From the human T2T-CHM13v2.0 reference genome, Homo sapiens, in assembly GCF_009914755.1 (NCBI RefSeq), contig NC_060939.1: 64,000 nt of DNA; one strand, 5' to 3'. Within the stretch, counting starts at the first letter, position 1. Each line of letters opens with the position of its first letter. Positions 14,836 through 25,699 of the stretch are shown in pieces. The position numbers and the translations under genes are program-made. Below the pieces are notes generated by a model. It was not told the origin of the DNA and did not search any database. It saw only the letters and a program-made list of their open reading frames with translations.

Positions 14836-17800
14836 TGTAATTGGTACCAGGAGTAGCTCCAGGAGCAGAGTGGAAGCCCTTAACCATGAGCAACAACATA
14901 GACACAATTTCTAAAATGAGCAGGGGTGTCTTTTGTGGCAATGGAAGTATTTTGACCCACAGCATCTATGACTAATTGAATTGTAGGGTCCCTAGAAATG
15001 AAATCGATGGGTAGACTTACTCAAGTGTACTTGACTCATGTGGAAAGAAACTTTCTGGTTCTGGTGAGCAGAATCCTAATACAATGAATCCTAATACATG
15101 GAATCACTGTAATGGGATTCCATGGCCTCTTGCCCACTTTCCAGACCTAGGCCAGTACACAGAACCAGAGTAGGCTGGATTCTTTGAGGAAGAACTCTAT
15201 AGTGCGACCACATGTATACAGTGTGCATCTACCTCCAGGCCTTCCTCAGAGGGCCCTGCATTTATTTCCAGGGTGACTATGCAGTAAGGAAAAAGAAATA
15301 TCCAGACTTTCCAAGGGCTATAAGAGTCATCTCTGAGCCGATGTCAAGCCCTAGAAATTGAATTAATTTCTCAGTGGGTCTGGTGGGACCCACCCTGATT
15401 CATTTGTCCAGTTCCAGCATGTAGAAGGCCATCATCAAAGATCTGAGAAAGACAGGGGTCCTGGGTCTTACCATAGTGGCCATTTATTTAGCTTGTTGGG
15501 CCTGTACAAAACTCAGATAAGTCTGGAGAATAACTGTACATTATCACCTACTTAATCAGGTGAGGATGACAACTGTAGCTTTGGTTCCAGATGTGGTAAT
15601 TTACTGAGAAAATCAGTACAGCCACTGGCTACAGGTATGCAACTATTAACACAGCAAATGCCATTTCTTCGATTTCTGTTGAAAAAGATAACCGGAAGAG
15701 ATTTGTCTCCACATGTTTTCCCTTGAGACCATGATAACTCCCCTGCTTCTTTGTCATAATATAATGCACAGGGATCTTGATTATTTTGATATCCCATAGA
15801 ACATCATGTGTGGGCACTCCCTCAGTAACAGTGTGCTCATTGTACACGGTAAGGAAAACTTCCCATCATGAACTGGGTAGCATCTGAGTCACCAGATCAT
15901 AGAGGTGGGCACAGCACCTGTAGTTACATGGAAAAGATCTAAATGAGACTGACTCAAACAAGTACAGAAGGTACAAGTAAATGGCATGAGCACGTAGCTT
16001 TCTCCCCGTCAAGGTGCCTCTTCCTTATGCTTCACTACTTCTCCCTCTACCCACACTGATGACCTCATAGGGAATTCCTGCTCACCAGTCTCCAGTTTAT
16101 GGAGGGGTTTTCAGGGTGTAAAATCCACTAGGAGTGGCCTTCAAAGAGTGGTGAAGGGAAATCCTCATTTGGGCAGACTTTGGGTAGTACAGTCAGATGG
16201 CTGCCTATTTCACCTGGAAGAGAAGAGCAGGAGTAAGGCTCAACATTGTCATTGGCAGAGGTTAACAGGTAAGTGACTGGCTAGAAACTTGGAAAGACCA
16301 ATACTGGAAAATTGGTGATAGGGAAGCCTGGGCTAGAGATGTGTGGGTGGGTCTCTCAGAATGAGCACAGAGAAGACAATCATTTCTTACAAAAATGCCC
16401 ACCAGAGGGCATCCACTCCAGTGCCAGCTCTCAGTAATGACTAAGTGTGGATGCCAGTTAGCCTCTTTCCCCAGCCACCCCAGTGCTTGCTCAGGCTCTT
16501 ATCCCAAGTGGCCCTGAAGGTATGGCTGGGGTCAAGAAGCCTGGACTTTCCCCAGCGAGGCTTATTTGGTTCCTGACACCACTGAGTTCCCTATGAGCCA
16601 ATGGCAAGTATGGCCCTAATCCCTGAGTATACCAAGCAGCCACATAGGACACATTGATTCCATTGCTCCTTTCATCATGGAGGGGGCAACAAATTTGGCC
16701 TCACCATGATAAATGCCTATTCTGTTAATAGACTTACTTTTCTTGCCTATTGTGCTTCCACATGCATCATGATTGGTGCCTTATCAGCTGCCACGTTACC
16801 CCAAACAACATAGTCTCCAGCAAAGCAGTTGTTCTATAGCAAAAAAGTATAGCCTTGGCTGGGCACGGTGGCTCACGCCTGTAATCCCAGCACTTTGGGA
16901 GGCTGAGGCGGGCGGATCACGAGGTCAGGAGATCGAGACCATCCTGGCTAACACGTGAAACCCTGTCTCTACTAAAAATCAAAAAAAAAAAAAAAAATTA
17001 GCTGGGCGTGGTGGCAGGCGCCTGTAGTCCCAGTACTTGGGAGGCTGAAGCAGGAGAATGGCATGAACCCGGGAGGCGGAGCTTGCGGTGAGCCCAGATC
17101 GCACCACTGAACTCCATCCTGGGCGACAGAGTGAGACTCTGTCTCAAAAAAAAAAAAAAAAAAAAAAGTATAGCCTTGAGATTTACTATGTGCCCCATCA
17201 CCTAGAAGCAACTGCCTTAATAAAATGGCAAAGGTTTGATTACAAGAACTGGGGGGAAACAACATTCTGCAAGGTTGGGGAGCTACCCTACAGGACGTAG
17301 TAGATGCCTTTAATTAGCAGCCAATATGCAGGGCCACTACAATAGCCAGAATGCATGAGTCTGGGAGGTAAAGTGTGGATGTGGGAGTTGTCTCTCTCCC
17401 TATTTTACCAAACAATCCACTGAAGAATTGCTTTCCCTTGTTATGACCTTGAGTTTGATGGGGTTGGAGTGTCTGGTGCCTAAGGTAAGAAAACTCCCGC
17501 TAGAGATCACAGCGATATATCAATAAAATTATAGCTTGACACTGAACCCCAACCACATTATTTCTCATACCACCAAACTAACAGGCGGAGGAGTCACTCT
17601 ACTGACTGGGGTAATTAATCCCAATGGCTACGGGGAAACTGGGTTGCTGTCGTGCAATAGAAGCAAGTGAGACTGTCTGGTAGACAACGGTTCACCGTAT
17701 TGGCGGAAAATTGCAGAAATCCAGTAAAGACAGGACCACCCAGAGCTTGGATCCTGTGGAAATGAAGGCTGGCATCATTTCACCAGGAAGGAAACTCATT

Positions 17801-17900
17801 CATCAGAGTTGCTGGCAGAAGGTAAGGGGAACAGGAAAAAGGTGGTGAAAAATAGAGCTAGGATGATCAGCTTAGGCTTTTGACCAGTTAGCTGCTGTGA
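14836..17900 (+). mobile_element. Decayed ERVL internal region (RT, integrase and dUTPase remnants)
   Basis: About 15524-15670 reads like ERVL RT (WR.TV.Y..LNQV....A.VPDVV..L......G..YA.I..ANA); about 17600-17650 reads like dUTPase (LTGVINP...GE.GLL); many stops and frameshifts. Confidence 0.7.
16857..17161 (+). mobile_element. AluY, full length, inside the ERVL
   Basis: 16-bp TSD AAAAAAGTATAGCCTT (16841-16856 and 17162-17177); GATCACGAGGTCAGGAGATCGAGACCATCCTGGCTAACAC. Confidence 0.96.
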
Positions 17901-18759
17901 CTTACGTTCCAAAATTGTTTCCTGCCCTCCACCTTTTGGGCCTGAACTTACACTAAAAAAAAAACAGGCGAGGTTTCACATGGTGATACTATTGAAGTCA
18001 TATCAGCTCAGATAATTTCTTTAATTTTCTCTTCTTCATCTTCTTCTGTTTCTCCTCCTGGAACTTCTATTCTGCTGACTGAGTCCTAGCTCTATTCTTG
18101 ATTATCTTTATCTTTTTATTATTATGGCTCTATTGATTGTTTTTATCTTTTATCTCTATTAATCGCTTGATTAATTTATCTTTTCATTTGTAATTCTCAT
18201 CTCTGACTTTTGCTTTTGCATTCCAAGAGAATAACATTAGTTGGTCTGATTTCTAAGACTTTTTCTGAAGTATCCATTGTGATATTTAGGCTATTTTTTC
18301 TTTTGGAAATTATGTGTTTTTCCAAGATCTGTTTTTTCTCAGCATTGCCCTTTCCCATGGCTGTCTGCTCCTGTTTTATAAACATGATCTCTTTCCCAAT
18401 CTCACTGCAAATATGAATTCAGTGTGTTTGAATTCCTGTTTTCTGGCACTCTGCTTGATCCACCTCTTCAAGCTGCTAATTTTTGTTCATTTTTATGAAG
18501 AAAAGTTGAGATCAGTGGTTTGAGGAGTAACATATCATAGTCCCTTGGAAAATGTTTTTTCAAAATACATATACCCAGTTTCCCTTTTTTTCTTCCAGTG
18601 CCCCATTTCCCCACTCCCAATAAAAGTATAACAATCTCCAGTAAAAGCTGTCTAGATAAAGATATTAATAAAAAACATAATCTATCTACATAATTCTGAT
18701 ATGCTTCCTTCCTCCACATGGAGAATCAGCAGGCTAGTGTGCACAGCACACTTAAATGA

Positions 18760-19125
18760 TGTGAACTCTGGGAACTCAGGCCATTATTTGATTAACACGT
18801 TGGTTTACTGTGATAGTAGGTATGTAGGTGCTCTGTGTGTTGGCAGTGGTAGCTCATAAGATAAACTTCCTTCCAGGGACAGCAAGCCAGGAATGTTGTT
18901 GGAGTCTTAGAACAACCTGGTTATTCCCCAGTCTCTCTTTCTTTGTAGCATTAACTAAAAGGGCCACATATCTCAAACGCTGGAGCCCCAAGATGGTAGA
19001 GCACAATCAGTTGAGAATCCATAGTGACTGCTGATCCCTATGAATCATAAGCTTTTGCTGTGTTAAAACACCAAGACTATGAAATTCTTGTTTTAACACA
19101 GAATAACTTAGTGTATTCTGATTAT
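18760..19125 (+). mobile_element. Old MaLR LTR (MLT1) fragment
   Basis: GATGGTAGAGCAC..TGTGTTAAAACACCAAGA..CTTGTTTTAACACAGAATAACTTAG resembles an MLT1 3' end. Confidence 0.45.
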
Positions 19126-19897
19126 TTAGTATCTTGAGTGTTGTTTTCCACATGACACATCAGAATTTTCCTATACCCTTAAAGACTATACAAGAATGAG
19201 ACTTTGAATGGCTCCACAATATTTCATCGTAAGTTTATGTACTGTAAATTTACTGACCTAATCCTCTACTGTTGAACATTTGGTTGAAAACAGTTTTAGA
19301 AACTATAAACAATGTTGTAACAAACTCCATTGTGTTTGGCATTCGTTCATTGTCAAAATTTCACTAGTGCTACTCACATGATTAGAAATGATTACATACT
19401 GCTACAAATAACAAAATATTAGTGTACCATAGATTTAAGAACTATAATGTTTTTATTTGAAGATGACATGATTGTTTACATGGAAAATTCTTGAGAATCT
19501 ACAAAACAAGTAAAACTAATACATTTATTTAATAAGATCAGACCATGTAAAATATGCATGCAAAAATCAATTGTATGTTATGTACTAGTGACAAACAGTT
19601 GAAAATGGAATTAAATAAAAACAATTAAACAGAGAATACCACAAAAAACATAAAAATTTTAGGATTTAATTTGTAAATACATGCAATATCTCTACATTGA
19701 AAATTACGAAACATAACTGAGAGAAATAAAAAATAGCTAAATAAATAAACATACCATTTTCATGGATCAAATACTCAACATTTTTAATATGGCAGTTCTC
19801 TCCAAAGTGATATATAGATTCAACTAATCACAAGCATAATCTTACCTGGGTTTTTATAGAAACTGACAAGTTGATTCTAAAATTTATATGGTAATTC

Positions 19898-20952
19898 TTG
19901 CCTCCCTGACAGTAGCTCAGCCTCCAGGACTCTCTTCCAGCATGGCTGAAGACACCTCTTCACATAAGATGGTGACAACAAATCACAGGCGCAGTCTCAC
20001 CAAAATCACAGATCAGTTGAAAATCCTCATCAATACCTTCAATCAAAAACCTTACCCAGGTTATGCTACCAAACAAAAACTTGCTTTAGAAATCAATACG
20101 GAAGAGTCCAGAATCCAGATTTGGTTTCAGAATTGAAGAGCTGGATTCCAGAAAAGACCAGAACCTGGGACTTTAGAATCAAGCCAGAGCCATGGGCAAG
20201 ATCGACCTGATGCAGAGTTTCAAAGTAGAGAAGCCAGATGGTGTTGTACCACCTACAGCGCCTCTCAATTAAGCACTCTCATCAAGGCATCTATGAAAAG
20301 CCCATACCCTGGGATTGATTCCAGAGAACAAGTTGCTGAAGAAATTGGTGTTCCAGAGTTAAGAGTCCAAATCTGGTTCCAAAACTGAAGATCTAGATTT
20401 CATCTCCAGAGAAACAGGGAACCTGTTGTGTCCTTAGAACAAGAAGACCAGGGGCAAGATTTCTGAGGGACATCAAGGTACAGAAGATACACAAAATGGC
20501 ACCAACCTCACTAGCAATTCTCATTTCTATAGAGCCAGAAGGTGGTGGACACAGTCAAGTTCAGTGTATTTGATATTATCAACTTGGGCCCCAAATCTCT
20601 CTCACAGTCTTCCTGGGAGTCTATCCTTCTGCTGAAACTGCAAGCTAAGCCCTCTGAAGATGGTAAAGGACACGGCCAGGTGCGGTGGCTCATGCTTGTA
20701 ATCCCAGCACTTTGGGACACCGAGGCAGAAAGACTGCCTGAGCCCAGGAGTTCAAAACCAGCCTGGGCAGCATAGCAAGACCCTGTCTCTATTATAAAAA
20801 ATGAAATAAAATAAATAAAAAGGACTGTAGGAGGCAGAGACAGGTACAGGAGGCACCACACTACCCTATTGACACAGCCTGGATCCAGAGTTCAGCGGAC
20901 CTTGAGACAATGAAAATAAACTTATTAATAATCAAAATAAATAAATAAAAAT
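19898..20952 (+). pseudogene. DUXAP6: DUXA (double homeobox A) processed pseudogene
   Basis: Intronless. ATG 19942 gives MAEDTSSHKMVTTNHRR..LKILINTFNQKPYPGYATKQKLALEINTEESRIQIWFQN*; second homeodomain ..TTYSASQLSTLIK..PYPGIDSREQVAEEIGVPELRVQIWFQN*. Stops at 20134 and 20386, AATAAA 20915-20920, decayed A-tail, 19-bp TSD AAAAT(T/G)TATATGGTAATTC (19879-19897 and 20953-20971). The paralog number is from recall and unverified. Confidence 0.95.
20674..20820 (+). mobile_element. Free left Alu monomer (FLAM-like) within the DUXA retrocopy 3' UTR
   Basis: GGCCAGGTGCGGTGGCTCATG...GAGCCCAGGAGTTCAAAACCAGCCTGGGCAGCATAGCAAGACCCTGTCTCT plus A-rich tail, with no right arm. Confidence 0.85.
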
Positions 20953-21666
20953 AAAATGTATATGGTAATTCAAAAGACTTAAATATCAAAGTCAATCTTG
21001 AAAAAGAAGAGAAAAGTTAGAAGACAAACAATCTAAATCAAAACTTACTATAATGCTATAATGATCAACAAACTCGTCCTGGTATGAAGATCAACAAATA
21101 GATCAACAGAACAGACTGGAGTTCAGAAATAGGCCTATAGTTACAGAACGTGATTTTTACAAAGGTGTCAAATCTTTTCAACTAATAGGGTTGGAGTAAC
21201 TAAAATCCATATGGAAAACAACAAACCTTGACCCCTTACCTCATACCACACTCAAACACTAATTCAAGATAAATCAGAGACCTAATTATGAAAGGTAAAA
21301 TTATAGGGCTTCTTGGAGAAATCACGGAACATCTTTGCAAGCTGGGGGTAGGCAGAGTTTCTTTAGACAGGTTACAGGAAGGCAGTGACCATAAATGGGA
21401 AAATTTTTATAAATTAGACTATCAAAATTAAATACTTTTGATTAAAAGACATCATGAAGAAAATATATACTAGACTACAGATAGGAAAACAATATTTACT
21501 AAAAACAACTCAATACAAACTCAATAATAAAAGCCAAACAATCGAATCAATAACTGGAGGAAAAAAAAAAAACATGTGAATAAGAAGATACGTGCATGGC
21601 CAATAAACATGGAAAAAGGTTCTGAAAAGCATTTGCTATTGAAAATGCAAATTTAAACCACAATAG

Positions 21667-22120
<454 letters not shown>

Positions 22121-22129
22121 TAAGCATAT

Positions 22130-22568
22130 ATGTGTCAAGTTGGCTAGGCCATGGTACCCAGATACGTGGTCAAACACCAATTTAGATATTGCTGTGAAGT
22201 TATTTTTTGGAGGAGATTAACATTTCAATCAGTAGACTGTGAATAAGGCAGATGACCCTCTGTAATGTGGATGGGCCTCATTCAATCTGTTGAAGGCCTT
22301 AAGAGAAATGACTGATGTTCCCCCAAACAGAGGAAAGCCTCCAGATTGTCTTTGGATTTGGGCTACACCTTTAATATTTCCCTGGCCAACCCTGCTGGCC
22401 TACCCTGCCGATATTAAACTTGCCAACCCCAGAGTCATGTGAAGCAATTCCTTAAAATAAACACACACACTCTCTCTCTCTCTCACTCTCTCTCCTCACA
22501 CATACACTCAAACATACACACACACACACACTATTGATTCTGTCTTTAGAAAACCCTGACAAATACAC
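22130..22568 (+). mobile_element. MLT2 (ERVL) LTR with internal (CA)/(CT) repeat
   Basis: TGTCAAGTTGGCTAGGCCATGGTACCCAGATA..TGGTCAAAC..CATTTCAATCAGTAGACT..GGGCCTCATTCAATCTGTTGAAGGCCT...AAACCCTGACAAATACA. Confidence 0.8.
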
Positions 22569-23668
22569 TATTACTTGACCCAGCAATTCTATACAAGAAA
22601 ATGAAGTCAAATGTCCCTAAAACTAATTGTACAAGACTGTTCGTGTGGGTTTATTCACAATAGGCAGAAACTGGAAACAGATCAGGTGACCACTGATAGC
22701 AGAATGGATAAACAAACCATATTATATTCATACAGTGGAATACTGCTTAGCAGCAGAAAGCCATGAATTACTGATAAATACAACAACATGGCTTAATCGG
22801 AAAAACATTTTATCTGAGTGAAAAAGCCTTACACAAAAGAGTATTTATGATGTGATTCCATTTATCTAAAGAATAGGGAAAACTAATCAATGATGAAAAA
22901 GGAAATCAGAATAGCAGTTGCCTCTGGGGATGGGATGGAGGCCGGGGCTTACTGGAAACAGGAATGAAGGAGCTTTCTGGAGTAAGGGTATTGTTCCATG
23001 TGTTAATGGAGGTTGGGTTATACAGGTGCATGCATCTTTCAAAGTTCATCAAATAGTACAGTAAAATTAGATCATTTCATTTTAGGTAAATTTTATCTTA
23101 AAGAAAAAAGAAATATAACTAGATATTAAACTCTAGGTAGCAGTATACATGGTGAAGTGTTTAGGGGTGAAATATGCTGATGTTTGAATCTCACTTTGAA
23201 ATGCACTAAAAATAAGAGAAATTAATGGATAGAGAGATGGATAGGTATATCAGAATAAGTGTAGAGAGATGTTAATTGTAGAAACCAGATGGCAGGTGTT
23301 TGCTATACAGTTATTCCCAGTTTCCTACATGTTTGAAATTTCTCCTAATAACATGTTGGAAAAAAAGAGAAGTTTATTTCTCTTCAAGAAATAAAGATCC
23401 AGAAGCAGGCAATCCTGGACTTAGATGGCAACTCCATCATGACTAGCAATTCAGCCTCCTTCAGTTTTCTTCTACTTTCCTTAGCATGCCACCTCATAGC
23501 TGGATCTCTCAGCAACTATTCCACTCTGCAGCCAGCAAGACACTCACAGCATCCAAGCAATTCTTTCCTGTCTCTCCTGCCTCATCATTATTTCTCTCTC
23601 TACTGGATTGCTGTCATCAGCATACAAAACTGTAGTTATTTTTCTCATCTGAAAAAGATTCTTCTCTT

Positions 23669-23945
23669 GGCCAGGCATAGTGGCTCATGCCTGTAATCTC
23701 AGCACTTTGGGAGGTTGAAGCAGGAGGATCACCTGAGGTCAGGAGTTCGAGACCAGTGCGGCCAACATGGCAAAACTCTGTCTCAACTATAAATATAAAA
23801 ATTAGCCGGGTATGGTGGTGCATACCTGTAATCCCAGCTACTCAGGAGGCTGAGGCAGGAGAATCACTTGAACCCCAGGAGGTCACAGTGAGACGAGATT
23901 GTGCCACTGAACTCCAGTTTGCGCGACAGAGCAAGACTCCATCTC
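23669..23945 (+). mobile_element. AluS whose tail is replaced by a (TC)/(TA) microsatellite
   Basis: GGCCAGGCATAGTGGCTCATGCCTGTAATC...GATCACCTGAGGTCAGGAGTTCGAGACC...GACTCCATCTC. Confidence 0.93.
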
Positions 23946-24096
23946 TCTCTCTATATATATATGTATATATATTCTATATATATGTGTATATATATATGTG
24001 TATATATTCTATATATGTATATATATTCTACATATATGTGTATATATGTATATATATTCTATGTATGTGTATATATACACATATATATATGTATAC
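23943..24096. repeat. Compound (TC)n/(TA)n/(TATG) microsatellite
   Basis: CTCTCTCTCTATATATATATGTATATATATTCTATATA... over about 150 bp. Confidence 0.95.
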
Positions 24097-24188
24097 CCAA
24101 CTTCCTCTTCTTTTAGCTGCTGTCCTGTTTCTTTGCCCTCCTCTATGCAAAAAAAAAAAAAAAAAAATCCTCAAAAAAATAAAGATGC

Positions 24189-25699
24189 TTCCCCTGTGTG
24201 ATTCCGTCCTGCGCAGCTGTTCTCTTGAGCAGTGGTTGTTTATATCCATCCACCTTCTCTCCCATCTAAGTGTGTGCCGCCACCTGATGGAAGATTCGAT
24301 GGGCATGTATGTGGACATGAGCCCCCTGAGGCCCCAGAACTATCTTTTCGGTTGTGAACTAAAGGCCGACAAAGATTACCACTTTAAGGTGGATAATGAT
24401 GAAAATGGACACCAGTTATTTTTAAGAACAGTCAGTTTAGGGGCGGGTGCAAAGGATGAATTGGACATTGTCGAAGAGAGGCAATGAATTACGAAGGCAG
24501 TCCAATTAAAGTAACACTGGCAACTTTGAAAATGTCTGTACAGCCAACGGTTTCCCTTGGGGACTCTGAAATAACACCACCAGTGATCTTACGGTTGAAG
24601 TGTGGTTCAGGGCCAGTGCATATTAGTGGACAGCACTTAGTAGCTGTGGAGGAAGACGCAGAGTCAGAAGACGAAGAGGAGGAGGATGTGAGACTCTTAA
24701 GTATATCTGGAAAGCGGTCTGCCACTGGAGGTGGTAGCAAGGTTCCACAGAAACAAGTAAAACTTGCTGCTGATGAAGATGATGGTGATGATGATTTTGA
24801 TGATGAGGAAACTGAAGGAAAAGCACCAGTGAAGAAATCTATACAAGATACTCCAGCCAAAAAATGCACAAAAGTCAAATCAGAATAGAAAAGACAAAAC
24901 CATCATTAACACCAAGAACAAAAGGACAAGAATTTTTCAAAAAACAGGAAAAAACTCCTAAAACACCAAAAGGACCTAGCTCTGTAGAAGACATTAAAGC
25001 AAAAATGCAAGCAAATGTAGAAAAAGGTCTTTCTTTTCCCAAAGTGGAAGCCAAGTTCTTCAATTATGTGAAGAACTGCTTCCGGAGGATTTACCAGGAG
25101 GCTATTCAAGATCTCTGGCAGTGGAGGAAGTCTCTTTAAGAAAATAGTTTAACAGTCCCCGGTATGTGATGTTCCCCTTCCTGTGTCCATGTGTTCTCAT
25201 TGTTGTGGGGTGGGGGGAGGGGGGAGGGATAGCATTAGGAGACATACCTAATGCTAAATGACGAGTTAATGGGTGCAGCACACCATCATGGCACAGGTAT
25301 ACATATGTAACAAACCTGCACGTTGTGCACATGTACCCTAGAACTTAAAGTATAATAATAATAAAAAAAAAAGAAAAATAGTTTAAACAATTTGTCAAAA
25401 ATTTTCTGTCTTATTTCATTTCTGCAACAGTTGATATCTGGCTGTCCTTTTTATAATGCAGAGTGAGAACTTTCCCTACCGTGTTTGATAAATGTTGTCT
25501 AGGTTCCATTGCCAAGAATGTGTTGTCCAAAATACCTGTTTAGTTTTTTAAGATGGAACTCCACTCTTTGCTTGGTTTTTTAAGTATGTATGGAATGTTA
25601 TGATAGGATATAGTAATAGCGGTGGTCAGACATGGAAATGGTGGGGAGATAAAATTATACATGTGAAATAAAACTCAGTATTTTAATAAAGTTAAAAAT
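24189..25699 (+). pseudogene. NPM1P5: NPM1 (nucleophosmin) full-length processed pseudogene
   Basis: Starts at the pyrimidine-rich NPM1 5' UTR (TTCCCCTGTGTGATTCCGTCCTGCGC). ATG 24287 [33 protein letters not shown]; frameshift near 24477; [21 protein letters not shown]..; further frameshifts near 24860-24900; ..[14 protein letters not shown] at 25139. Complete 3' UTR with AATAAA; TSD AAAAATAAAGA(T/C)GC (24175-24188 and 25700-25713). The paralog number is from recall and unverified. Confidence 0.97.
25153..25370 (+). mobile_element. L1PA (PA3-5-like) 3'-end fragment with 5' inversion, inserted at the NPM1 pseudogene stop codon
   Basis: 25153-~25202 is the reverse complement of L1 CAATGAGAACACATGGACACAGGAAGGGGAACATCACA..GGGGACTG; then forward GTGGGGTGGGGGGAGGGGGGAGGGATAGCATTAGGAG..CTTAAAGTATAAT plus A-tail; TSD AAGAAAA(A)TAGTTTAA (25138-25152 and 25371-25386). 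Confidence 0.95.

Noticed and set aside
19888-20136. Homeobox ORF as a functional DUX gene
   Set aside because: Intronless, flanked by TSDs with a poly(A) remnant, and carries nonsense codons in both homeodomains.
24484-25139. NPM1-like ORFs (134 aa and 91 aa) as coding genes
   Set aside because: Frameshifted pieces of one processed pseudogene.
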